Assembly: GCA_964645645.1 (NCBI GenBank)
Contig: CAZYBC010000004.1
Coordinates: 5,148-69,147, forward strand
Reading direction: 5' to 3'
DNA: 64,000 bases
DNA from: an uncultured Pseudomonadales bacterium
GTDB taxonomy: Bacteria; Patescibacteriota; Microgenomatia; UBA1400; PJMF01
Of the stretch, positions 1-8,830 are shown piece after piece (position 1 is the stretch's first letter; each line of letters opens with the position of its first letter). The notes under the pieces are model-generated. The model was not told the origin of the DNA, did not search any database, and was given only the letters and a program-made list of their open reading frames with translations. The translations under genes were made by a program, and so were the position numbers.

Positions 1-2700
1 AGTGGCATTATTTGGCAAGCTATTTTGCAAGGTGATGGTGATCAACAAGTTACTTTAAATTCTGTTACCGTTACCGCTGAATTAGATAGTACTGCGCCAC
101 CAGTTAATGCCACTGCCGTAACTGTTATTGGAGCTGGTGCAGGTGGCTGGGTAAACACTGAACCAACTATTTCTTGGGCTAGTGGCTCTGACAATGATGG
201 AGGATCAAGAATTCTAGGCTATTGTATTGCTTTAGATGAAGTTAACATTGATTCAGCCAGCAATACACTTAATCCTGCTACCCAAGCTGGTTCTGTCATG
301 GAAGTTGACGGTAGTGTCATTGATGACGGAGTTGAATCGGCAGCTTGTCCATATATTGTTATTGGAAATAGTGTTAATTTAGCCAATATTACAGGTTTAA
401 CTTTAACTTCTGGCAAACAATACTATTTTAGTATTAAAGCTTTAGATAATGCTGGGAATATCTTTTCTGGGAGCAGTGAAGATTATCAAGATTTAGCTAC
501 TTTCAAAATTGATAATACCGCACCTAGCAATCCAGCATATATTTCTTTACCTGGTGATTTTATTGCCACCAAAAGTGCTACTTTATCTTGGCCAATTTCT
601 GGCGGTCAACAAGCCAGCGATGATGCTTCTGGAGTAGCTGGTTTTCAATATCGAATTGGCACCAGCGGCACTTGGTATGGTGATATTCACAATGGCAATC
701 AGAATTCTACTGATCTTCTTACTAATGACGGCAACTATGAATTCACCCAAGCCTATGATTTTGCTAATATTGCCGAAGGGACTAACTTGATCCAATTCCG
801 TACCTATGACAATGCTGGCAATGTTTCTAGTGTTGTCATTACTGGACTTTTAAAAATTAATACCACTGCTCCAAGTGAGCCAGCTAATCTTACAGTTACT
901 CCTAGTACCAATACTGTTAATTCTTTTGCTTTTGATTGGGATGTTCCAGCTACTTATTCTGGTAATATTGATGAATTTACATATTGTTACACTGTTAATA
1001 CCTTACCTTCAGCAACAACCTGTAATTGGACTGCAGCAGGTGTAACAGAATTAACAGCCGATGCTTACGCTACTCAGCCTGGATCAAACGTTTTTTATTT
1101 AGTCAGTAAAAGTGATGCTGGCACAGTTAATTATGAAAACTATGCTTCTATCACCTTTACTGCTAATACTTCTGCACCAAGTATTCCCCAAAACCTAGAC
1201 ATCGCTGATGTAAGCGTCAAAGCTACCAGCTCTTGGAAATTAGCTTTAGCCTGGGAAGCTCCTAGCAGTTTGGGAGCTGGAGTGGAGTACTATCAAGTTT
1301 ATCATTCTACAGATAACAGCACGTTTACTTCAGAATCCACTGTTTATGACATTTCTTATGTTGATACAGGTTTGTCTCAAGTGACCCATTACTATAAAGT
1401 AAGAGCCTGTGATAGCGCTAATAATTGTGGAGCATTTACCTCAGCAGTTTCTCTTTATCCTGATGGAAAATATACTACTTCACCAAGTTTAAATTCTGGA
1501 CCTAGCGCGAGTAATTTAACTACCAAAAAAGCTACGATCAGTTGGACTACTAGCCGTACATCTGACAGTAAAGTTGCTTATGGTCTTAAAAGTGGGAGTT
1601 ATTATGACGAAGAACCTTCTAATTCTAGCCAAGTCACTGATCACTCAATTAAATTAACTAATCTTTCTCCAGGTACTACTTACTACTATAAAGCCAAATG
1701 GACAGATGAAGATGGCAATACTGGCGAATCAGATGAAAAAACCTTTACTACTAATCCAGCTCCTTCTATTTCAGCCGTAGAAGCTACTGACACTGGCTTG
1801 TCTTCTACTTTAATCACTTTCACTGTTAAAAATGCCGTTAAGGCTAAAATTCTTTATGGTAAAACTGCCAATTATGGTGGTTCTCAAGAAGTCACGACAT
1901 CTACGCTAGAATCAACTTACTCAATTAAATTAGAAGATTTGGACGATGATTCAGAATATCACTATAAATTAGTGCTGTTAGATACTGAAAATGCTGAATA
2001 TGAGTTTGAAGACCATGTCTTCCAAACTTTACCTAGACCAAGAATTAGTAACGTTCAAATAGAAGAAATCAAAGGAGCAGCTCAACCAGCTGTATTAGTT
2101 AGTTGGGAATCCAATACAGGCATTTCCAGTATTATCAATTACTACCCAATTGATAATGCTAAGGAAACTCTTAACCAAGTAAATATCGAATTAATTAAAG
2201 GTGAACATCAAATGTTACTAAAAAATTTAAAAGCTGAGACTCAATATCAGATGTATATTAAAGGTGTTGATAAAATTGGTAATGAGGCTGTTTCTAGTTT
2301 AACTACTTTTACCACTGCCACTGATACTCGTCCTCCAGTTATCTATAACCTTAAAATTAGCACAGCTACTCAAGGTGAAGGGGCAGAGGCCCAGGCTCAA
2401 CTTTTAATTTCTTTTGATACCGATGAAGAATCAACTACACAGATTGAATTTGGAGAAGGTAGCCAAGAGACTTATTCTCACCGTACTCAATTAGATACAG
2501 ATTTAACCTTACATCACTTTACAATCGTGCCTAATTTGTCTCCAGCCAAAGTCTATCACTTACGAGCTTTAACTAAAGATAAGGCTGGTAATGAAACTGC
2601 GTCAATTGATAAAGTTATGGTCACTGGTAGAGCAACTGATAATGCCTTAGATTTGGTCATTAATAATTTATTTGAAATATTTGGATTTCTAAGAAAATAA
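1..2700 (+). CDS. Large secreted surface protein with tandem fibronectin-III/Ig-like repeats. It is N-terminally truncated by the window edge, because the frame is open back to position 1. It is a paralog of 35705-38872.
   Basis: Open frame from nt 1. Repeated beta-sandwich-like segments such as SWTTSRTSDSKVAYG and LSPGTTYYYKAKWTDEDGNTG. The C-terminal 400 aa align with the protein on the opposite strand at 35705-38872. Confidence 0.7.
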   Translation, partial: SGIIWQAILQGDGDQQVTLNSVTVTAELDSTAPPVNATAVTVIGAGAGGWVNTEPTISWASGSDNDGGSRILGYCIALDEVNIDSASNTLNPATQAGSVMEVDGSVIDDGVESAACPYIVIGNSVNLANITGLTLTSGKQYYFSIKALDNAGNIFSGSSEDYQDLATFKIDNTAPSNPAYISLPGDFIATKSATLSWPISGGQQASDDASGVAGFQYRIGTSGTWYGDIHNGNQNSTDLLTNDGNYEFTQAYDFANIAEGTNLIQFRTYDNAGNVSSVVITGLLKINTTAPSEPANLTVTPSTNTVNSFAFDWDVPATYSGNIDEFTYCYTVNTLPSATTCNWTAAGVTELTADAYATQPGSNVFYLVSKSDAGTVNYENYASITFTANTSAPSIPQNLDIADVSVKATSSWKLALAWEAPSSLGAGVEYYQVYHSTDNSTFTSESTVYDISYVDTGLSQVTHYYKVRACDSANNCGAFTSAVSLYPDGKYTTSPSLNSGPSASNLTTKKATISWTTSRTSDSKVAYGLKSGSYYDEEPSNSSQVTDHSIKLTNLSPGTTYYYKAKWTDEDGNTGESDEKTFTTNPAPSISAVEATDTGLSSTLITFTVKNAVKAKILYGKTANYGGSQEVTTSTLESTYSIKLEDLDDDSEYHYKLVLLDTENAEYEFEDHVFQTLPRPRISNVQIEEIKGAAQPAVLVSWESNTGISSIINYYPIDNAKETLNQVNIELIKGEHQMLLKNLKAETQYQMYIKGVDKIGNEAVSSLTTFTTATDTRPPVIYNLKISTATQGEGAEAQAQLLISFDTDEESTTQIEFGEGSQETYSHRTQLDTDLTLHHFTIVPNLSPAKVYHLRALTKDKAGNETASIDKVMVTGRATDNALDLVINNLFEIFGFLRK

Positions 2701-2703
2701 GCC

Positions 2704-3447
2704 ATGACTAAAAAAGAAATTCTAACTATCAAAGACGTTACCAAAAATTTTGTCGTGGGCAAACAAAAAATTGAAATTATTAAAAAAGCCTCTTTTACAA
2801 TTTACGAACAAGACTTTGTCATTATCTTTGGCCCTTCTGGTTGTGGTAAAAGCACGTTGCTCCACATTATGTTAGGCTTAGAAGAACCAAGTAGTGGTCA
2901 AGTTAACCTGCTAGGACAAAACTTATACCATTTAGATGAAGATAACCGAGCTGAATTGCGTAAAAAACAAATTGGGATGATTTATCAGCAAGCATTTTGG
3001 ATGCAATCCAGAACTGTTTTACAAAATGTTGCATTTCCTTTAACTCTCTTAGGCAAACCGCGTAGTGTTGCTTATGAACGAGCCTTAGAAAGTTTAAAAT
3101 TAACTGGAATGGACAATTGGCAAAATTATTTTCCAACTGAACTTTCTTCTGGGCAACAACAAAAGGTTTCTTTAGCTAGAGCATTAATTAATAATCCAAC
3201 TTTAATTGTAGCGGACGAACCAACTGGTAACCTAGATAGCGGCTCAAGTTTAGAATTAATGAATTTAATGAATAAACTTAACCACGCTGGTAAAACTATT
3301 ATCATGGTTACTCATGACCTAGAGTTTTTGAAATTTGGAAGTAGAGTAGTAGAAATGAAAGATGGAGAAGTTATTCAAGAATTAACCAATAATCATAGCG
3401 AAATCAAAAAAGCCAGTCAAAATGGCAAAAAACATTTATTAACATGA
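2704..3447 (+). CDS. ABC transporter ATP-binding protein (MacB/LolD-like)
   Basis: Walker [13 protein letters not shown] signature LSSGQQQ, Walker [17 protein letters not shown] stop overlaps the ATG of the next gene. Confidence 0.9.
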   Translation: MTKKEILTIKDVTKNFVVGKQKIEIIKKASFTIYEQDFVIIFGPSGCGKSTLLHIMLGLEEPSSGQVNLLGQNLYHLDEDNRAELRKKQIGMIYQQAFWMQSRTVLQNVAFPLTLLGKPRSVAYERALESLKLTGMDNWQNYFPTELSSGQQQKVSLARALINNPTLIVADEPTGNLDSGSSLELMNLMNKLNHAGKTIIMVTHDLEFLKFGSRVVEMKDGEVIQELTNNHSEIKKASQNGKKHLLT

Positions 3448-5450
3448 AAAATCTCGGTCAAAAATTAATTAAATATTCTTTATCTGCACTTAAAAATTTC
3501 CAGGAAATTTTTATCTTTTTTCTATTATTAAATTGTTTTTTTATCAATCAGCTATTTAGCAAAATTACAAATATAAATAAGTTACCAACTTTGATTAAAC
3601 AAATTGTTCACAATTGTCAGCAGATTGTACTAAAGGTTATGAACAAACTGGATAGAGGAAGCCGTGACAGTATTTCTCAAACTGAGATTATCCAAATTTC
3701 TCTTGAAAATATGTTTGTTAAAACTACCAGAACCGCAATTACAGTAGGAGGTATGAGCATTGCTATTGCCGTGATTGTTTTTTTAGTTTCTATTGGTTAT
3801 GGTTTACAAGATTTAGTTGTTTCTAGAGTTAGTAAATTAGAAGAAATGCAACAAACTGATGTGACTACTGGAGATGTAGGCAACTTATTTATTAATGATG
3901 AAAGCCTCAATGTTTTTTCTGGCATTAATCATGTTAAAGCTGTTTACCCAATTATTTCTTTAGTTGGAAAAGTCAGCATCAAAGAATCAGCCACCGAAGT
4001 AGTCATTAATGGCGTTACAAGCGATTATCTTAAAAACTCTGCTCTTAAAACCAGCAAAGGATATATTTTTGAAAATAAAGATACCACTCAGCCAGTCGCT
4101 GATAAAAAATTAACACTTACTCCTAGCCAAAACGTCGAGCCAGATATAAATGTGCTAATCGGTGAAGTTGAATTTTATCTTGATCAAAATCAATGGTTAG
4201 CAGTTAGAGAAGAACCTCAAAACAATGCCACTATCATTGGCTATACTCAACGCATCAATAGCCGAGCTCAAAATGGAGAAGAAGTCTGGGGAGAAAGTTA
4301 TAATAATGAGGAAACAACTGGCCAAGCTAGTGAGAGCGCTACTGGCCAAAAACTCGGTAAATGGATTAAAAGCGAAGTGGCTCTATGGGAAAAAACTGCT
4401 TGCGATGAAAGTAATTCTGATTGTATTAACGGCCAGTACTTAATGATTAGAGACAATAGCCAACAGCAACTAAAACAGATAGGTTATTTAACTGAAAATA
4501 AATTAACTGCCTATAGTTTAGTCAAACCACTGGGCGCCGAGACCAATAACACCATTAATGAAAACCAAAGCCAATCAATTGATGACCAAATTAAAGAATT
4601 AACTTCTCAAAACAAAGAAGAAGTTAGCAAAACTGAAAAAATAAAATTAAGTGATGAAGCTCAAAAAGAAATTATTGTTAATAATGCCATGGTGCAATTA
4701 TTAGGTGAAAATCTAGATAGCATTCTTAATAAAGAGATTGAAATTACCTTTATAGTTACCAGTGATCTAACCACTGGCCAACAAAATAAAAAAGTTGAAT
4801 CTTTTCCTGCTAAATATAAAGTGATTGGCATTATTAATAATGGCACTAATGCCATGGCTTGGGTACCCTTTACAGATCTACGCTCTTTAGGCATTAATAA
4901 TTATTCTAGTGCTAGAGTCATTTTGGATACAGATAAAAACCTAACAATTGTAAGAACTCAGATTGAGAATATGGGCTATAAAACAAATTCAGTGGCGGAC
5001 ACTGTTACTAAAATAAAAAATCTCTTTACTACTTTTAGAATTACCCTTGCTGCTATTGGAATGGCATCTTTAGGTGTAGCTGCACTGGGAATGTTTAACA
5101 CCTTAACAATTTCACTCTTAGAAAGAACCAGAGAAGTAGGCGTCATGAAAGCCATTGGCATGAAATCTAGAGAAGTTAGAGATTTATTTTTATCAGAATC
5201 AATGATCATGGGTTTTATGAGTGGTATTTTAGGAATTATCATTGGTTTTGTAGCTGGAAAAGTCACTGGTTTATTACTCTCTGTATTTTCACTCACTAAA
5301 GGTTATGGTTTATTGAATATTACTTCATTACCACTTTCTTTTATCTTGATAATTATGTTTTTATCAATTACAGTTGGATTTGTGACTGGTATCTATCCAG
5401 CTAATCGAGCGAAAAAAGTATCAGCATTAAATGCGGTGAGATATGAATGA
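3444..5450 (+). CDS. ABC transporter permease, FtsX/MacB-like, with a large extracytoplasmic domain
   Basis: N-terminal TM segment, about 400-aa soluble domain, then C-terminal FtsX-type TM helices (LLERTREVGVMKAIGM motif). Translationally coupled to the upstream ATPase. Confidence 0.8.
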   Translation: MKNLGQKLIKYSLSALKNFQEIFIFFLLLNCFFINQLFSKITNINKLPTLIKQIVHNCQQIVLKVMNKLDRGSRDSISQTEIIQISLENMFVKTTRTAITVGGMSIAIAVIVFLVSIGYGLQDLVVSRVSKLEEMQQTDVTTGDVGNLFINDESLNVFSGINHVKAVYPIISLVGKVSIKESATEVVINGVTSDYLKNSALKTSKGYIFENKDTTQPVADKKLTLTPSQNVEPDINVLIGEVEFYLDQNQWLAVREEPQNNATIIGYTQRINSRAQNGEEVWGESYNNEETTGQASESATGQKLGKWIKSEVALWEKTACDESNSDCINGQYLMIRDNSQQQLKQIGYLTENKLTAYSLVKPLGAETNNTINENQSQSIDDQIKELTSQNKEEVSKTEKIKLSDEAQKEIIVNNAMVQLLGENLDSILNKEIEITFIVTSDLTTGQQNKKVESFPAKYKVIGIINNGTNAMAWVPFTDLRSLGINNYSSARVILDTDKNLTIVRTQIENMGYKTNSVADTVTKIKNLFTTFRITLAAIGMASLGVAALGMFNTLTISLLERTREVGVMKAIGMKSREVRDLFLSESMIMGFMSGILGIIIGFVAGKVTGLLLSVFSLTKGYGLLNITSLPLSFILIIMFLSITVGFVTGIYPANRAKKVSALNAVRYE

Positions 5451-5454
5451 TGTT

Positions 5455-5670
5455 ATTGATCATAGGCTTTGTAAACACACCGCGAGCGGAATGGTTTACA
5501 AAGCCTATGATCAATAACTTAATTAAACACGCCGCAGGCGGAACGATTTACAAGATCTAATATTAGCTATTCTAGTTAAACGCACCGCAGGCGGAACGAT
5601 TTAGAAAGAACAATACTAAGATCATAACTTGATATTTTTTAAATGCACCGCAAGCGGAATGGTTTAAGCT
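5455..5670 (+). repeat. Tandem array of four REP-like imperfect palindromic units. The 26-nt cores are AAACRCRCCGC-NN-GCGGAAYGRTTTA, starting at 5473, 5525, 5578 and 5641. The first unit is embedded in a longer 22-bp-arm inverted repeat.
   Basis: Direct reading shows cores aaacacaccgcgagcggaatggttta, aaacacgccgcaggcggaacgattta, aaacgcaccgcaggcggaacgattta and aaatgcaccgcaagcggaatggttta. Flanking arms are ttgatcataggctttgtaaac / gtttacaaagcctatgatcaa. Confidence 0.8.
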
Positions 5671-5713
5671 AATTCCTTTATTAAAAAATCAAGTTTAAAA
5701 TAAAACTAGACTT

Positions 5714-6067
5714 ATGAACTTACTTTTTTTTACTTTATCTGCTTTGTTAAGTTATCGTTTTAATAGTTCTTTATCTAGACAAGGACATAAGATTAATAAA
5801 AGAATGCCGTATTTAAAAGTTAAATGTTTTCAGTTTAGTCCTAACATCAAAATTATTCTTAAAAGTAGAACTATTCACCTTCATCATTGGTTTACTTACT
5901 CAATTATTTTAATTATTACCCTTACTTTTAAGGCTGGATTTTTAGATAGCTTATTTTCTCAAGGTTTTTTATTAGGTGGCATTATTCAGGGTTTAACTTT
6001 TCCAGACTGGAAAAAATTTGTCATTAAAAATGAAGAACTTGAATCAAACCGTCAATTAAAACTATGA
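5714..6067 (+). CDS. Hypothetical small membrane protein
   Basis: ORF only, with hydrophobic segments and no recognisable motif. Confidence 0.3.
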   Translation: MNLLFFTLSALLSYRFNSSLSRQGHKINKRMPYLKVKCFQFSPNIKIILKSRTIHLHHWFTYSIILIITLTFKAGFLDSLFSQGFLLGGIIQGLTFPDWKKFVIKNEELESNRQLKL

Positions 6068-6816
6068 ACAATATCTTGATACCTTTATCACTTTCATTTT
6101 TAGCTGGAATCTGTACAGTTTTTGGAAGTTTTATTCTTTTTTTTATTAAAAATTTTAAAAAAAGTTATTTAAGTTTTTTTCTAGGAATTTCTGCTGGATC
6201 AATGATTTACCTTTCCTTTATGGAATTAATGCCAGAATCAGTTACTGAACTCGGCTTTGGACTAGCTAATACAATGTTTTTTTTAGGAATATTATTTATT
6301 GCAATTATAGATTTTATTGTTCCTCATCATTTTATAAACTATTGCTCAAAAAAAGGTATTAAATATAATAAACTGATGCTTTCAGGATTTATGGTTGCTG
6401 TAGCTATAACAATTCATAATTTTCCAGAAGGAATAGCAGTTTTTATGAGCTCATTAGGAAATACTCGTTTTGGCCTTTTAATTGCTTTTGCTACCGCTCT
6501 TCACAATATCCCAGAAGGAGTAGCAGTTGCCACACCAATTTATTTTGCTACTAAAAATAAATTTAAAGCTTTTAGCTATTCACTCCTAGCCGGTATTGCC
6601 GAACCATTAGGAGCCATTATTGCTTTTATTATTTTAAAACCTTATCTTTCCCCAATTTTTTTATCTTATATTTTCGCTTTCATCGCTGGAATAATGATTT
6701 ACATTAGCTTTGATGAATTATTACCATCTTGTTTTAAAAATAGCCAAGAACACACAGCAATTGCTGGTATTATTCTAGGCATGCTAATAATGGTTTTAAG
6801 TTTAAATTTTATTTAA
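6064..6816 (+). CDS. zupT: ZIP-family zinc transporter (ZupT-like)
   Basis: Multi-TM protein with HNFPEGIAV and HNIPEGVAVA metal-binding motifs typical of ZupT. Confidence 0.8.
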   Translation: MNNILIPLSLSFLAGICTVFGSFILFFIKNFKKSYLSFFLGISAGSMIYLSFMELMPESVTELGFGLANTMFFLGILFIAIIDFIVPHHFINYCSKKGIKYNKLMLSGFMVAVAITIHNFPEGIAVFMSSLGNTRFGLLIAFATALHNIPEGVAVATPIYFATKNKFKAFSYSLLAGIAEPLGAIIAFIILKPYLSPIFLSYIFAFIAGIMIYISFDELLPSCFKNSQEHTAIAGIILGMLIMVLSLNFI

Positions 6817-6863
6817 TTTTTTATTTTCTATAACACTAACATTTGATAAATAATACTTGACTT

Positions 6864-6885
6864 TTATTGAATATCTATTCAATAA
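6864..6885. promoter_or_regulatory. Operator-like palindrome TTATTGAATA-tc-TATTCAATAA. It sits between a TTGACT -35-like hexamer (6857-6862) and the likely true start codon at 6893.
   Basis: Perfect 10-bp inverted arms read directly. The same core recurs at 8122-8155. Confidence 0.55.
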
Positions 6886-6892
6886 TGTTATT

Positions 6893-8095
6893 ATGCCCAA
6901 ATCTAAAAAACAACCAAATAATAAATTATTATTTTTACTAACATTCTGCTTAATTTCCCTATTTTTAATCATTTACTTAATTATAAATAAACCAATTTCT
7001 GTTTTTAAAAACTTAGAAAAAAAATCAACTATTAATGGATTGATGATGCTCATTGAGTTTGAAAAAATTGACGGCATTTTACAATGGGAAAAAGAATTAG
7101 ATAGTCGTAATTTAACAGCTCTAGTTAAAGTTCAAAACAATGTTTTAGAAGAATACCCAGAAGTTTTTGAAAGATTAGCCAGCAAAGGTTATGAAATTGC
7201 TGGAGGATACGATAAAGCTGCCTTTTGGGATATGTCTTATGAAGAACAATATAAATATTTAAAAGAAGCACAAGAAATAGTAGAAAAAACAACTCATAAA
7301 AAAATGAAAGTTTTTGGTAGCCGCTATTTTGCTTATGATGAAAACACGCTTAAAGCTGCTGATGAATTAGGTATTGAATATATTTTAGGGAGAGGAACTC
7401 AAGATGTTTTAGCTCTTATTTATGCTCCTCAAGAATATAATATTAAAATTATTTCTGTTACTAATGTTGAAAATGGAGAAATGGGACGGGGTTCGTTATG
7501 CGATTATAGTCTTTGGGCTAGAGGAGCTGATTCAAAAGAATTTGCCCAAATTTTAACAGAAAGTATTGCTAAGAAACCAAAAAACATGATTTTAGTTTCT
7601 CATGCTTATCTGGGTGGGACTAGACTGGAGTGGTGGGAAGAATATAAACAAATCTTAGAATCTGACCAAATATCTTGGGTAGATTTTGATACTTGGGTAA
7701 ATAAACAAAACATTTTAACAATCTCAAATACTGATATTCCAATCAATCGAGAAGTAAAATATGTCCAACCTCAACCAGCTAAGGATATGGAAGAATATGC
7801 TCCAATTCCATCTTTAGAACAGAATGAATTAGTCATATTTCATAATGGATTAGGAGAAATGTGTTTAGAGGCTTTAAAATTTTTTAAACAACATCAAATT
7901 AAATTTATAGAATACTTAAACACAGACAAAAATTTTGCTAACCTACTAGCTAATTATCAAAAAGTATATCCCAATAGTGAAGGTGAATCAGATAGCTACC
8001 AATATTTTCCAGTCATTTTTTACAAAGGAAAAGCTTATTCTGGATTCAACGAAAAAATCAGAAATGAAATCTTAAAAAATTCTTCGAGAAAATAA
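6893..8095 (+). CDS. Hypothetical membrane-anchored protein with a C-terminal glutaredoxin-like segment. The ORF track starts it at a TTG at 6857, but the ATG at 6893 (MPKSKKQ) is the more likely start.
   Basis: N-terminal TM anchor. No catalytic motif recognised. The track start overlaps the promoter and operator. Confidence 0.5.
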   Translation: MPKSKKQPNNKLLFLLTFCLISLFLIIYLIINKPISVFKNLEKKSTINGLMMLIEFEKIDGILQWEKELDSRNLTALVKVQNNVLEEYPEVFERLASKGYEIAGGYDKAAFWDMSYEEQYKYLKEAQEIVEKTTHKKMKVFGSRYFAYDENTLKAADELGIEYILGRGTQDVLALIYAPQEYNIKIISVTNVENGEMGRGSLCDYSLWARGADSKEFAQILTESIAKKPKNMILVSHAYLGGTRLEWWEEYKQILESDQISWVDFDTWVNKQNILTISNTDIPINREVKYVQPQPAKDMEEYAPIPSLEQNELVIFHNGLGEMCLEALKFFKQHQIKFIEYLNTDKNFANLLANYQKVYPNSEGESDSYQYFPVIFYKGKAYSGFNEKIRNEILKNSSRK

Positions 8096-8121
8096 TATCT
8101 CTCTTGACATTTAGCTTCCAT

Positions 8122-8155
8122 ACAATTATATTGAATACTTATTCAATATAATTGT
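8122..8155. promoter_or_regulatory. 34-bp perfect palindrome ACAATTATATTGAATA-ct-TATTCAATATAATTGT. It overlaps the -10 region downstream of a TTGACA hexamer at 8104-8109, upstream of the DUF5320/DUF134 pair.
   Basis: 16-bp perfect inverted arms read directly. It shares the TATTGAATA/TATTCAATA core with 6864-6885. Confidence 0.6.
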
Positions 8156-8178
8156 AAAAATGAAAGGATAAATACAAT

Positions 8179-8370
8179 ATGCCAAGATTTGATAAAACAG
8201 GCCCACAAGGACAAGGTCCAAAAACTGGAAGAGGCATGGGAGAATGCGAAAAAAATGAAAAAAAGACAAAAAGAGGATTTGGAAGATGTTGTGATAAATA
8301 TGGTAGAGGTATGGGGAGATTTGCAGGAAAAAATATTGAGCAAATAGAAGAAAAAAATACTGATGCCTAG
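8179..8370 (+). CDS. DUF5320-family small Gly/Pro-rich protein
   Basis: MPRFDKTGPQGQGPKTGRGMGEC matches the MPRGDGTGPxGxGPxTGRG signature of DUF5320. An AGGA-type RBS lies 8 nt upstream. It is adjacent to a DUF134 gene, as is usual for this family. The antisense ORF 8143-8343 is rejected. Confidence 0.6.
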   Translation: MPRFDKTGPQGQGPKTGRGMGECEKNEKKTKRGFGRCCDKYGRGMGRFAGKNIEQIEEKNTDA

Positions 8371-8641
8371 AAATAAAATCCCCCGTTGTATACAGTTTAA
8401 TTCTAATGTTGTTTATTTTAAACCTCAGGGTATTCCACTAAAAATACTGGAAGAAGTCGTCCTTTTAGTTGAGGAGGTTGAAGCTTTAAGGCTTTACGAG
8501 GTCGATAACTTAAACCAAATAAATGCTGCTGAAAAAATGAAAATCTCACAGCCAACTTTTGCGAGAATCTTAGCTAGTGCAAATAAAAAAATTGCTGAGG
8601 CAATTGTTAAAGGTAAAGCTATTAGGATTTTATATCAATAA
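8363..8641 (+). CDS. DUF134/UPF0251-family putative DNA-binding protein
   Basis: MPRNKIPRCIQFNSNVVYFKPQGIP ... LSQPTFARIL ... GKAIRI matches the UPF0251 pattern (MPRxxKxRxV..P....FKPxGIP, C-terminal HTH). Confidence 0.65.
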   Translation: MPRNKIPRCIQFNSNVVYFKPQGIPLKILEEVVLLVEEVEALRLYEVDNLNQINAAEKMKISQPTFARILASANKKIAEAIVKGKAIRILYQ

Positions 8642-8664
8642 AAATTTGTAAAAATTTTCAATAG

Positions 8665-8700
8665 ACTTACTGCAAAATTTTATTTCGCAGTAAGTTTATT
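8665..8700 (+). terminator. Rho-independent terminator hairpin (ACTTACTGC...GCAGTAAGT) followed by TTATT
   Basis: 9-bp perfect stem read directly, 20 nt after the DUF134 stop. Confidence 0.5.
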
Positions 8701-8830
8701 AATTAAGCCAATCTTTGCCCATAGTTAAAATGAGTAAAACTCTAGCTTATCATAAATGGTTCTGTAGCAAAAAAACCTAGCTATCTGTTTTTTTTCTGTT
8801 TATAATGAGAATAATGCAGGTTTTGAAAAA
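8695..8830 (-). pseudogene. Degraded remnant of the 3' end of a metallophosphoesterase paralog (compare 15418-16098)
   Basis: The reverse complement reads ...FMIS*SFTHFNYGQRLA*, paralleling PLMINPGFTRFNYGQ of 15418-16098. About 70 percent nucleotide identity to 15440-15545, with an internal stop. Confidence 0.5.

Noticed and set aside
219-795. Antisense ORFs 219-416 and 583-795 within the Fn3-repeat gene
   Set aside because: They are embedded in a long, motif-supported open frame on the opposite strand, so they are spurious.
5455-5670. CRISPR array (26-nt repeats at about 52-63-nt spacing)
   Set aside because: The repeats differ from one another at 3-6 positions. The spacers share sequence with each other (tgatcaataactt / agatcataactt). 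There are no cas genes in the window. The same unit occurs singly elsewhere with flanking inverted arms. It therefore behaves as a REP/BIME-like array, not CRISPR.
8143-8343. Minus-strand 66-aa ORF overlapping the DUF5320 gene
   Set aside because: The plus-strand ORF has an RBS and a family-typical MPRxDxTGPxGxGP N-terminus. The antisense ORF is low-complexity and has no start context.
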